DNA from: a virus
Lineage: Duplodnaviria > Caudoviricetes
Length of the DNA stretch: 45,783 nt
Strand: one strand, 5' to 3'
IMG/VR virus record: IMGVR_UViG_3300025600_000010
Coordinates: 1-45,783 of that record
The notes beneath the pieces are model-generated. The model saw only the letters and a list, made by a program, of their open reading frames with translations, ran no database searches and was not told the DNA's origin. Shown here piece after piece: positions 28,018 through 35,430 of this stretch; the stretch's first letter is position 1, and the number at the start of each line of letters is the position of its first letter. Both the position numbers and the translations under genes were made by a program.

Positions 28018-28191
28018 ATGAAAGTCATTTATGCAATTGCCGAATATCACAACATTCCGAATGAGTTTGTAACAATCACAAAAGCTGTTGATAACATCTT
28101 GTGGTACACTCTTAAAGGTGGCGCAAAATATTCTTGCCTGACTGTTCGTAAAGGAACAGCACTCAAAAAGAACAGCATAAGGATTGACTAA
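28018..28191 (+). CDS. 57-aa hypothetical protein (MKVIYAIAE...)
   Basis: GGAG SD; below the ORF-track cutoff; coupled to the next gene. Confidence 0.7.
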   Translation: MKVIYAIAEYHNIPNEFVTITKAVDNILWYTLKGGAKYSCLTVRKGTALKKNSIRID

Positions 28192-28296
28192 ATGAAAAAC
28201 AACTTTTGCGAACATTGCGGCGCTAGAAAATGCGGAACATTCAAACAAAACGGTAAGACGTTTGCAAAATGCTGCGGTGTAAGGATTATAGAATGA
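28192..28296 (+). CDS. 34-aa Cys-rich peptide (MKNNFCEHCG...KCCG)
   Basis: Abuts the previous stop and overlaps the next ATG. Confidence 0.55.
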   Translation: MKNNFCEHCGARKCGTFKQNGKTFAKCCGVRIIE

Positions 28297-28517
28297 TTGT
28301 CAAATACCAATCCAAAACCTTTGACCCTGCGAACGTTACCGGCAAATACGCCAGGGTTGAAGGCCGGAAACCGCATTACCGGTTCAAGGTATTTGAAACA
28401 ACTGGAAAGAACGGGCAAGGCGCAACGCTGCGTGAATACATAACGAACGGTGAAGAACTACCACAAGAATTGAAAGAACGTTGCATCAAATCTAAATCAA
28501 CGGAGAAATGGCTTTGA
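28293..28517 (+). CDS. Hypothetical protein, 74 aa
   Basis: ATGA coupling to the previous gene. Confidence 0.65.
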   Translation: MIVKYQSKTFDPANVTGKYARVEGRKPHYRFKVFETTGKNGQGATLREYITNGEELPQELKERCIKSKSTEKWL

Positions 28518-28545
28518 AAACTTAATCTAAAGGAGAAACCCAAAC

Positions 28546-28734
28546 ATGAAGACTGCATTTTTAAGCCTTGAAACAGTAACAAATGCTTTAGCTTTTACCC
28601 TTGGCCCTTCGCAATTGGGTCAACTGAAGAAGGAAGAAACCAAGGAAGAAACGTTTTACTTTGAACCTTGCTATGATAAAGACAGTAATTTTATCGGTTT
28701 TGCAGTTGAAAAACGAATCATTTACAAGAACTGA
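28546..28734 (+). CDS. Hypothetical protein, 62 aa
   Basis: AAGGAG SD. Confidence 0.65.
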   Translation: MKTAFLSLETVTNALAFTLGPSQLGQLKKEETKEETFYFEPCYDKDSNFIGFAVEKRIIYKN

Positions 28735-28746
28735 AGTGAAAGAGCA

Positions 28747-28775
28747 AAGCCCCTAACTAAAGGGGCTTTTCCTTT
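28747..28775 (+). terminator. Intrinsic terminator (possibly bidirectional)
   Basis: aaagcccct-aactaa-aggggctttt. Confidence 0.75.
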
Positions 28776-30201
28776 ATGCGGCAAGCTTTGCCAATTCGTC
28801 AAACGCCCCGGTGTTTTGCTGTTGTTCGGCGTTCTGTAAAAACTCTTCAGCCTTGATCTTTGTTTCAAAAACTTTGCGTTTAACAAGTTCATCAACAGCC
28901 TGTTCAACACTGATAATTCCAGCCGTAAACAAACCGCTTATCATTTCACAATAGTTCTTGTCAACTTCGCTTTGTTCCTTTTTGTTCAGGTTCCAAAGCG
29001 GCACAAATTCAATGTCAAACCGCGCTTTAATCTGGTTCCATTTCTCTTTACCTAACACAGAAGGACAAAGAACGTCAAACAGCTTGATTAACTGCTTTTT
29101 GATATGTCCTTTCTGGTAAGCGCCAATCATGTTATAATAGTTTTCTAAATCACTATCGCCGGTTGCATTCAAGCCCCCAGGCGCTTGACCAAGGAAACGC
29201 GTTGCGGGAATGTCTGAAGCTGCGGAAAGAAGCTGCGCAAAGGTCATAACCAGTTCAGGAACAGAACCGAAAGACGCTGAATGCTGCGTTATTTCCATAT
29301 CTTTACCGGTAAGCAACGCGGCCCGATAAATTGAAATCTGGTTTACTATGTCGGCAAGTTGACCGTCTGCGGTTCCACCAGCGGAAAGGCTCATTAGGTT
29401 GTCACACTTCGCCAGGATGACGGAAGCCATATTAACAAGCTGATACGCGCCCTGTTGCGTCCCGGTCATGCGTACCAAAGTATCATAGAGCGCAGCAAGC
29501 TTTGATTCGCCAAAGCCGGAAGGGTTGACCCTGAAGCCCTGAAGAATGGTTGCCGAATCGCGGCTGAAGACCGGCGAACCATCGAACACCAACAGCCGGG
29601 AAACGTCCGTTTCAATGCCGCTTATCCGGTATGCAATCGGCGTGTCATAATCTTTGCTGAAAGGGTCAACGCAATACGTTGCGCGTGTAATTCTGTCAAC
29701 CGAAAGCGTGTTCAAAAACCGCAAATCGCCCTTATCAACTTCCGCATAGTTCAGGGGCTTGACAGGTTCAACATTTTCAGCCTGTCTTGCTCCAAGGAAC
29801 ACCACAGAACCGCCTAACATTCGTTCTTGATACAAGGCACGCTTAATGCGGTCATGTGCGCCTAGATCGTCATATGCTGCCATTACAAGCGCCGCGTCTT
29901 CATCATCCATGCCCACAAGCTTGAAGGGTTCCCTCAAAGCATCATCAACCGGAATGTTCACAATCTTTTGCGCTTCCCAACTTGTGTAATACCAAAGCGC
30001 ATATTGTTGCCAGCGTTGAATAAAGTTGTTCTGAAAATAGGGATTGGTGTTATTGATCGTTGCGCCCTGGTTTGCGGTTCTATCGCCAGCGCCGGAAGCG
30101 CCAGCACCGGAAAGCTGTGAATTCTGGAAACGTTCAGCCGCTTTGTTTATCAGATTCGCTTGACGCTTTGAAATGCCTTTAGGTTTTGCCATTATTATCA
30201 A
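28774..30201 (-). CDS. Portal protein (DUF1073-like)
   Basis: Y..SW.AQKIVNIP.DDA.R, SAASDIPATRFLGQAPGGLNATGDSDLENYY. Confidence 0.92.
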   Translation of the reverse strand: MIIMAKPKGISKRQANLINKAAERFQNSQLSGAGASGAGDRTANQGATINNTNPYFQNNFIQRWQQYALWYYTSWEAQKIVNIPVDDALREPFKLVGMDDEDAALVMAAYDDLGAHDRIKRALYQERMLGGSVVFLGARQAENVEPVKPLNYAEVDKGDLRFLNTLSVDRITRATYCVDPFSKDYDTPIAYRISGIETDVSRLLVFDGSPVFSRDSATILQGFRVNPSGFGESKLAALYDTLVRMTGTQQGAYQLVNMASVILAKCDNLMSLSAGGTADGQLADIVNQISIYRAALLTGKDMEITQHSASFGSVPELVMTFAQLLSAASDIPATRFLGQAPGGLNATGDSDLENYYNMIGAYQKGHIKKQLIKLFDVLCPSVLGKEKWNQIKARFDIEFVPLWNLNKKEQSEVDKNYCEMISGLFTAGIISVEQAVDELVKRKVFETKIKAEEFLQNAEQQQNTGAFDELAKLAA

Positions 30202-30392
30202 TTCCCCATTATCATTTGAATTAGAGATTTTATTTTTGCAATTGCGTCACGCTTCCCGGCTTTGTACCAATAACGTGCATCGTATCGTGTTGCGGCTTCA
30301 AATGCTTTCAAGCAAGCGTCAAAATCATTGCGGTGTTTGAATGCTTCAGTTTGTGAATCCCACCATTCAACAAAAGTTTTGCGAACAATCAT
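30198..30392 (-). CDS. Hypothetical protein, 64 aa
   Basis: AAGGGG SD; fills the gap between terminase and portal. Confidence 0.65.
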   Translation of the reverse strand: MIVRKTFVEWWDSQTEAFKHRNDFDACLKAFEAATRYDARYWYKAGKRDAIAKIKSLIQMIMGN

Positions 30393-30406
30393 AACAAGCC
30401 CCCTTG

Positions 30407-31834
30407 CTATGCGGTTTGAACGTCTGAACCGCCGCCATAATAACGCCAGATAGAAACCGCCATTGTTTCCGTGTCAACTTCATCATCGTGCGAATGTGAC
30501 ATGTCTTCAGCAAACGAACTGTGTTCTTCAACAAAACCTTTCATGTCAATATATGTGGGCAATCGAACACGCCCCGCATATATGTACCATGAAGCTTCAC
30601 GAACGCGCCCAACTTTATCCTCTGGAAACTTATATTCAGCGGGAAGCCATGCAACTGCCGGAAGCCCCTGCAATCTTAATGTTTGCTCTAATGAAGTGCC
30701 GGAAGCCTTGTCTTCAATGAATAACGCTTTAACGCCGTGATCTTTCCACCTATCATAAAACGCTTTTGCGTTCTTCAGCAAATCGGGGAATTCCCATTTT
30801 CCATGCATCTTGTCAATCAAATCAAGGTGCGTTTGCGTTGCGCACCAAAGCTGCAATGATGAATAATCGGCGGTTTTAGTTTTCTTATATGCGGTGTCGG
30901 CTGTTATGAACAACAAGCCTTGCGGTGCTTTCCCAGGCTTCCACAATTCCCCAGGTGCGCAATCAAACCAAGGATTAATCGGAGTGTAAGGGTGCGCTTT
31001 CCACCAATCGGATTTAATTATGTTACCGCCTTCTTTGCGCGGTTCCTGTTGATACTGTGCATAGAAAGTGAATTCATCAATCAGTTTCAGCAATGCCAAA
31101 CTTGCTTCGCTTTTAACTTCCGGCCATAACACAACACCATCTTTATCAATTGCAGGTATCTTAATCCAATGCCAAAGCCCAGGTTCATTTTTTTCTAACC
31201 ATCCTGGCAAGTCTTCAGGGTGGCCGCGCTGTGCAATGATAACTTTCGGCGTATCGTCTTTGTTTGTGCGGCTTGAAAGTGTTTCGGTATACCATCTGTT
31301 GCAACTGTTTCTTACCGTTTCGCTGCGAAAGTCTGAAGCTTTCAACGCATCGTCAATAACAATTGCGCCAGCGAATCCCGGTCTTTTCTGTCCAGCACCA
31401 AAACCGGTAAGCGGCCCATTTACGCCAGCGGCTTTTAAACCGCCGCCTTTCGCTGTATCAAACTTATCTTCGCGCATACGACATTTTTTATTAACAACGT
31501 CATGCGGGAATATTTCTTTATACCAGTCTGACTTTAGCGAATCAAGAATGCCTCTTGACGATTCGCAAGCAATATCTAAGTTGTAACCTGTGTAAATAAA
31601 TTTTGCATCTGGAAACAAGCCTAACGCGTATTCAATAAAATCCTGCGCAATCATCGTTTTACCGTGACGCGGGGGAATGCAAATTCCCAGGTTCTTAGCA
31701 CCGTTCGGCAAAGTTCCTGTCATTAGTTGCATTAAGGCTTTGAATATTACACGGTGAAACCATTTAACGGTTCTTGGTTTGCGCTGCAATAAGCCTTTCG
31801 TTATGAAATAGTTTTCAAGCCCTTTCGGTTGCAT
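30407..31834 (-). CDS. terL: Terminase large subunit
   Basis: PPRHGKT, IVIDD, AQYQQEP, DTA, IEDKASG, HDDEVD. Confidence 0.95.
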   Translation of the reverse strand: MQPKGLENYFITKGLLQRKPRTVKWFHRVIFKALMQLMTGTLPNGAKNLGICIPPRHGKTMIAQDFIEYALGLFPDAKFIYTGYNLDIACESSRGILDSLKSDWYKEIFPHDVVNKKCRMREDKFDTAKGGGLKAAGVNGPLTGFGAGQKRPGFAGAIVIDDALKASDFRSETVRNSCNRWYTETLSSRTNKDDTPKVIIAQRGHPEDLPGWLEKNEPGLWHWIKIPAIDKDGVVLWPEVKSEASLALLKLIDEFTFYAQYQQEPRKEGGNIIKSDWWKAHPYTPINPWFDCAPGELWKPGKAPQGLLFITADTAYKKTKTADYSSLQLWCATQTHLDLIDKMHGKWEFPDLLKNAKAFYDRWKDHGVKALFIEDKASGTSLEQTLRLQGLPAVAWLPAEYKFPEDKVGRVREASWYIYAGRVRLPTYIDMKGFVEEHSSFAEDMSHSHDDEVDTETMAVSIWRYYGGGSDVQTA

Positions 31835-32366
31835 CTTCGCTTTCCAATGCTTCGCGCAAATGTTTCATTGCTTCATCCGGTGTCATAGGTTCAAGCTGTT
31901 TCGGCAAATTGACGTCAATTGTCGGATTGCAAATTTTCAAATGAGCGCAAAGCAATTTGTGATAAGCTTCCTTTGAAGCAAGAGTTAAAACCAAATTACC
32001 AAACTTATCCCATTTCCAGCCCACAATAGCCTTGCGAACGTTTACAGGTAAGTTTGCAATATCTTCAGGGCGCTTTATATTCATCCTTGCAATGTCGGCA
32101 ATGTCATAGAATGCAATCGTTGCAATTTCTTCAAGCACGTTATCAATTTCAATTTTGGTACGCTGTGCGCGTCCATCCATTGCCCATTGAATTGCATTTC
32201 TAATGTGAGGCTTTGACATGAGTTGACCGGCTGAAGCCGGTGCGGTTCTTTCCGAATATCCGGCTGCAATGCAAGCCCTTGTTTGGTCTAAATCTTTCAA
32301 ATATTCTTCAACAAACAAGCGTTGCTTGCCAGTCAGTTTTATGATTCCGTCTTTAACAAGTCCCAT
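31815..32366 (-). CDS. terS: Terminase small subunit
   Basis: LTGKQRLFVEEYLKDLDQTRACIAAGYS; probable start MGLVK after GAGG. Confidence 0.92.
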   Translation of the reverse strand: MGLVKDGIIKLTGKQRLFVEEYLKDLDQTRACIAAGYSERTAPASAGQLMSKPHIRNAIQWAMDGRAQRTKIEIDNVLEEIATIAFYDIADIARMNIKRPEDIANLPVNVRKAIVGWKWDKFGNLVLTLASKEAYHKLLCAHLKICNPTIDVNLPKQLEPMTPDEAMKHLREALESEDATERA

Positions 32367-32426
32367 TGCAAAACCTCTTGTTTTAATGTGCAACACGATA
32401 CACCAGCACACATTAAAAAGTAAAGC

Positions 32427-32465
32427 AAAAAGAAAGCCCCAATGCATTCAAGCAAAGGGGCTTTC
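32427..32465 (-). terminator. Intrinsic terminator closing the RNA-array operon
   Basis: Minus strand GAAAGCCCC...GGGGCTTTC followed by TTTTT. Confidence 0.8.
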
Positions 32466-32519
32466 ATAGTTCGGCGGTATGCGCCAGCGTTCGGATGAAA
32501 CGCTATTTGTTGGCGGTTA

Positions 32520-32582
32520 TCAAAGGAAGCTTACAACGGCCTTGACGTTGTGCTGTTTGACAGTCTTGCCCGGTTTGCTCAT
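32520..32582 (-). CDS. 20-aa peptide MSKPGKTVKQHNVKAVVSFL
   Basis: GAGGGGGG SD; tandem stops TGA TAA. Confidence 0.45.
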   Translation of the reverse strand: MSKPGKTVKQHNVKAVVSFL

Positions 32583-32584
32583 GT

Positions 32585-32869
32585 CTCGCCCCCCTCAAAA
32601 GCGAACGGTTAAGGCGCTGAAGGCGCACGCCGCCTTGACAGCAAGAATGATTGAAATGCTTTCGGGCCTGGAACGGCCCAGGAACGGCGGCAAAGGCGTG
32701 TTTCTGAATCATTGCGGCTTTGCCCCGTTTGCCGGGAAGATCGGGACACAGGCGGCGCTTGTTGCGCTGCGCAGCGGCTTTGACGGTGCCGCGTGCGCCC
32801 CGATTAAGGCCGGGAAAGGATCATGCAAACATTGATTTCCAGGGGATAATTTATTTGCCCCTTCCCGGC
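32585..32869 (-). ncRNA. GC-rich structured RNA region downstream of the tRNA
   Basis: 12-bp closing stem 32809/32869; 11-bp stem closing a 3-way junction 32740-32804; further stems; mismatches resolve as G-U on the minus strand. Confidence 0.6.
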
Positions 32870-32873
32870 ACAT

Positions 32874-32948
32874 TGGTTACGCTTCTTGGATTTGAACCAA
32901 GGAATGACGGTATCAAAAACCGTTGCCTTATCACTTGGCGAAAGCGCA
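32874..32948 (-). tRNA. tRNA-Gln(UUG), CCA encoded
   Basis: TGCGCTT/AAGCGTA acceptor; GCC/GGC D stem; ACGGT-TTTTGAT-ACCGT anticodon arm; CTTGG-TTCAAAT-CCAAG T arm. Confidence 0.93.
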
Positions 32949-32966
32949 AAATTTGTTTCAGCTTAA

Positions 32967-33160
32967 TTGTTTGGTGGCGGCTTTCGGCCCCTCGGGATTG
33001 AACCGGGATTCCCTAGGCTGATTGGTAACTAGCGATAGAAAATGGTAATGCGCCCCTTGTGCGCCCATCCTTGCCACATTATTTTGAGCCGCTGTTAGGC
33101 GGCTTGCAAGGTTTCTAGTATCCGCGCCTTTTCTGGCCCTCTTTCGATAACACCAAACAA
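32967..33160 (-). ncRNA. 194-nt multi-branched RNA with a T-loop-like arm (unit E)
   Basis: Perfect 10-bp closing stem TTGTTTGGTG/CACCAAACAA; internal stems; GGTTCAATCC. Confidence 0.65.
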
Positions 33161-33168
33161 ACTGTTTT

Positions 33169-33228
33169 GTTTCAGGTTCCAGCTAAAGATGCTCTGGCTT
33201 TCATTTAATCAATCCGCTGAACTGAAAC
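33169..33228 (-). ncRNA. 60-nt stem-loop RNA (unit D)
   Basis: GTTTCAG..CAGC / GCTG..CTGAAAC. Confidence 0.55.
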
Positions 33229-33239
33229 CTAAATTGTTC

Positions 33240-33296
33240 TTGTCAGCTTCAAGGTTTGCCAAACGTCAAACGTTCAACCTAACTTGAAACCGGCAA
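33240..33296 (-). ncRNA. 57-nt stem-loop RNA (unit C)
   Basis: TTGCCGGTTTCAAG/CTTGAAGCTGACAA, 13 of 14 paired including two G-U. Confidence 0.55.
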
Positions 33297-33309
33297 ACTG
33301 ATTGTTGAA

Positions 33310-33390
33310 TTGCTTTGCTAAAGATTTAAGCGTGTCTCTTGTCATTTAAAGCCCTATCGTCAACCCCGAGGAACTTCTTTAGCAAAGCAA
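33310..33390 (-). ncRNA. 81-nt stem-loop RNA (unit B)
   Basis: Perfect 15-bp inverted repeat TTGCTTTGCTAAAGA/TCTTTAGCAAAGCAA around a 51-nt loop. Confidence 0.6.
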
Positions 33391-33405
33391 ACTGTTTGTT
33401 GAAGC

Positions 33406-33478
33406 GGTTAACGATACGCGGCGGTTATCGTCCTTTGCTTAGAAGAAAGCGGCAACGAACCGCCCCGCACCGTTAACC
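33406..33478 (-). ncRNA. 73-nt long hairpin RNA (unit A)
   Basis: GGTTAACGGTGCG/CGTATCGTTAACC (13 bp, two G-U) plus GGCGGTT/AACCGCC. Confidence 0.6.
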
Positions 33479-33491
33479 AGATGTTACCGGC

Positions 33492-34118
33492 CTATTTCAG
33501 CCGCCAGATTCGCGCCCCTTTCACGCCGTTTTCTTCAACGCCGCGAATGGTGAACTCTTTGGTAATTTCCAGGGTCGCAACGCTGTTGCCTTTGCGATTG
33601 GTGCGCATGATCGTTGCGCCGGTTTCGTCTTTCTTTTCGGTTGCAAACTTGCGCGTTGCGCCGGAAACGGTGCTTGCCAGGCTCTTTGCGGGGTCGGGCC
33701 GGTCTGCGGTTGCCGCGATAAAGAAGGATTGCCCCGCTTCCATCTGCTCGAACGGATAGGCGCTTTTGCGAATCGCGCCGCCTTTGGCAACTGCGGGAAC
33801 AGCAACGCCGGTTTCCAGGGTGAATGTCGGTTTTTCAACCGGTGCCGGTGCTGCGATTTCTTCAAGCTTGGTTCCGTTTGCGGCGGCTTCCTGCGCGGCG
33901 GCAATCGCCTTGACGGTGGCCCTGGTTGCCATTTCTCCGGTTTCGTTGACAAGCGTGGTGTTGACTTCAACTAAACCAGCATCAACAAGCGGCTTGTGAA
34001 TTTCAACGGAAGTATACATGAAACCGCCTTCATTCGTTGCCGTGACGATTGCGGCAAGTACCAGCATTGAAGCGGCAAGCGCCTTGTCCAGTTTCTTCTG
34101 TTCCTTTACAGTTGCCAT
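33492..34118 (-). CDS. 208-aa putative nucleic-acid-binding protein (N-terminal winged-helix-like, C-terminal YPF..M..G.SF domain)
   Basis: AAGGAG SD before MATVKE; GC-rich codons like the capsid gene; function inferred only. Confidence 0.8.
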   Translation of the reverse strand: MATVKEQKKLDKALAASMLVLAAIVTATNEGGFMYTSVEIHKPLVDAGLVEVNTTLVNETGEMATRATVKAIAAAQEAAANGTKLEEIAAPAPVEKPTFTLETGVAVPAVAKGGAIRKSAYPFEQMEAGQSFFIAATADRPDPAKSLASTVSGATRKFATEKKDETGATIMRTNRKGNSVATLEITKEFTIRGVEENGVKGARIWRLK

Positions 34119-34165
34119 TTTGTTTTTCTCCTTTGCAGTTCTATTTGTGGTAAACGATGAAAAGC

Positions 34166-34194
34166 ACAATACAGAATCTTTAACAGCCTGTCAA
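34166..34194 (-). promoter_or_regulatory. Strong sigma70-type promoter
   Basis: TTGACA-17-TATTGT. Confidence 0.8.
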
Positions 34195-34199
34195 TACTT

Positions 34200-34421
34200 T
34201 TAAAAGCGAATTGAAACTTTTTTGTCAAAGCGCCGATAAACAGCGCGAATACTTTTCTTAACAGGCGGTAATGTATCGCGGTGAAATGTGCGTTGTGCGC
34301 GAAACCTGTCAAGCATGTTGCGCGTGTTTTCGCATACGGATTCAGCCCTAACAATTAAACCGTTGACAATGCTAACCGCGTGTTCGGCAAGCGTCAAAGC
34401 GTCCTTTTGATCGTTAGCCAT
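34200..34421 (-). CDS. Hypothetical protein, 73 aa
   Basis: AAGGGGG SD; TAATG coupling. Confidence 0.6.
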   Translation of the reverse strand: MANDQKDALTLAEHAVSIVNGLIVRAESVCENTRNMLDRFRAQRTFHRDTLPPVKKSIRAVYRRFDKKVSIRF

Positions 34422-34902
34422 TACAGCCCCCTTGCAAGTTTAATTGTGTCAACGAATGTCGAAAGGTTGTTAATATCGCCAATCGGGACGCTGTAAACTT
34501 CGCTTTCAAGCCCCCATGCTTCCGCGTCCCGGCAAACAGCTTCAGCAAGCATTAACAACCCTTAAAGCTGTTTGACGGTGTTCGGATTGCCAGCGCCGGG
34601 AACGCGCCCAACTTCCTGAACAAACAGCCCAGGTGAAGCAATCAATTTTTCAAGTTCAGCTTTGCCGGTTTCGGTAAGCTTAACTGTTAATTCAGAGTCG
34701 TAAAACGGTGAACCAAACTTGCCGAAATCCCGGTTAATGTTGCGCAGCGGCGTTGCTTCATGTTCTAAAACCTTATCGCAAATGTTGTGCGTTCCGCTTC
34801 TGAATTCGGAATTTTGTTCACAACATTACTTCGCAAGCTAATATCGTGAATAAGTTGCAGCGCGTTGCGCATTTCTTCAAACTTCTTTTGTGAAAATTCC
34901 AT
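34421..34902 (-). pseudogene. Disrupted gene (frameshift plus in-frame TAA), or tandem micro-ORFs
   Basis: AAGGAG-ATG at 34902 stops at 34765; the -1 frame is open from about 34826 to TAA 34562-34564 and continues to TAA 34421-34423. Confidence 0.5.
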
Positions 34903-34906
34903 TTTT

Positions 34907-35026
34907 CAATTCTCCTTTTCAAAAGGTATGCAAGGAATGTCTTTCTTTTTGCTATGACAAAAGGAATCATTGCAACTCATTTCGCAAACGTGCTGCGTTG
35001 CCTGAACACAACCTGAAACTATACAT
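34907..35026 (-). CDS. 39-aa Cys-rich peptide (MYSFRCV...)
   Basis: GAGG SD; fills the gap between genes. Confidence 0.4.
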
Positions 35027-35108
35027 TCGTCTTCAGCCTCTTTGCAGATTCGCAACCGTTCCAAGATTCACCCTTTCCCCTGGTAAGCCGCCAGGGGTCG
35101 GAAGTCTT

Positions 35109-35336
35109 TTAAACGTCCAATCCGCGATTGCGAAGCCTGTAAAGTTCATTGCTGCGGCGTGTTTCATCTTTTGTGGGGTAAGCGGTTTCAGCGGCAATTA
35201 AAGCGATTCTAGCTTCAGTTAATTTTGCATCAGCTTTGTTGTAAGCTTCAATGTCGGTTCCGGTTTCTGCAACCTTAACCGCCGCCAAAGCTGCGTTGTA
35301 AATCTTTTCAGCATCTTTACGAATTTGGTTTTTCAT
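35109..35336 (-). CDS. Hypothetical protein, 75 aa
   Basis: AAGGGG SD before MKNQIR; has its own promoter. Confidence 0.7.
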   Translation of the reverse strand: MKNQIRKDAEKIYNAALAAVKVAETGTDIEAYNKADAKLTEARIALIAAETAYPTKDETRRSNELYRLRNRGLDV

Positions 35337-35371
35337 TCGGCACCCCTTTGTTATTTCGTTTCGTTGAAACA

Positions 35372-35400
35372 ACAATACAATAACGAACGCAAACCGTCAA
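35372..35400 (-). promoter_or_regulatory. Sigma70-type promoter (repeated family)
   Basis: TTGACG-17-TATTGT-TGTTTCAACGAAACG. Confidence 0.75.
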
Positions 35401-35430
35401 GCGTTTTATTTAACTTTTTGCGAATTTATT

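Noticed and set aside
32700-32873. Theta/HDV-like ribozyme after the tRNA, or c-di-GMP-I riboswitch at GGCAAAC...GCAAAGCC
   Set aside because: I could not build the HDV nested pseudoknot, and the riboswitch GNRA stem and receptor are missing
32874-32948. tRNA as prophage attachment site
   Set aside because: No integrase gene and no duplicated tRNA 3' fragment
32479-33001. ORF-track entries 32479..32835, 32503..32712 and 32720..33001 as proteins
   Set aside because: No SD, one overlaps the tRNA, and GC-rich structured sequence has few stops by chance
32517-33160. tmRNA
   Set aside because: No GGGG...GGATTCGAC 5' end or Ala acceptor stem, and the short ORF has its own SD and ATG and no ALAA-type tag
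32967-33160. Confident 6S RNA call
   Set aside because: Size and GGTTCAA are suggestive, but the complementary TTGAACC arm and the rod-with-bubble fold are not evident
33293-33403. CRISPR mini-array
   Set aside because: Only two near-identical 17-nt copies separated by 77 nt that fold on themselves, and no cas operon. GTTTCA/GAAAC ends were noted in units C and D but no full CRISPR repeat was recognised
34562-34564. Stop-codon reassignment or suppression
   Set aside because: All core genes are intact in the standard code, use all three stops, and the only tRNA has a sense anticodon
35030-35105. Riboswitch at the CCCCTGG/CCAGGGG hairpin
   Set aside because: Only a loose resemblance to cobalamin elements; better explained as a simple stabilising or pausing hairpin
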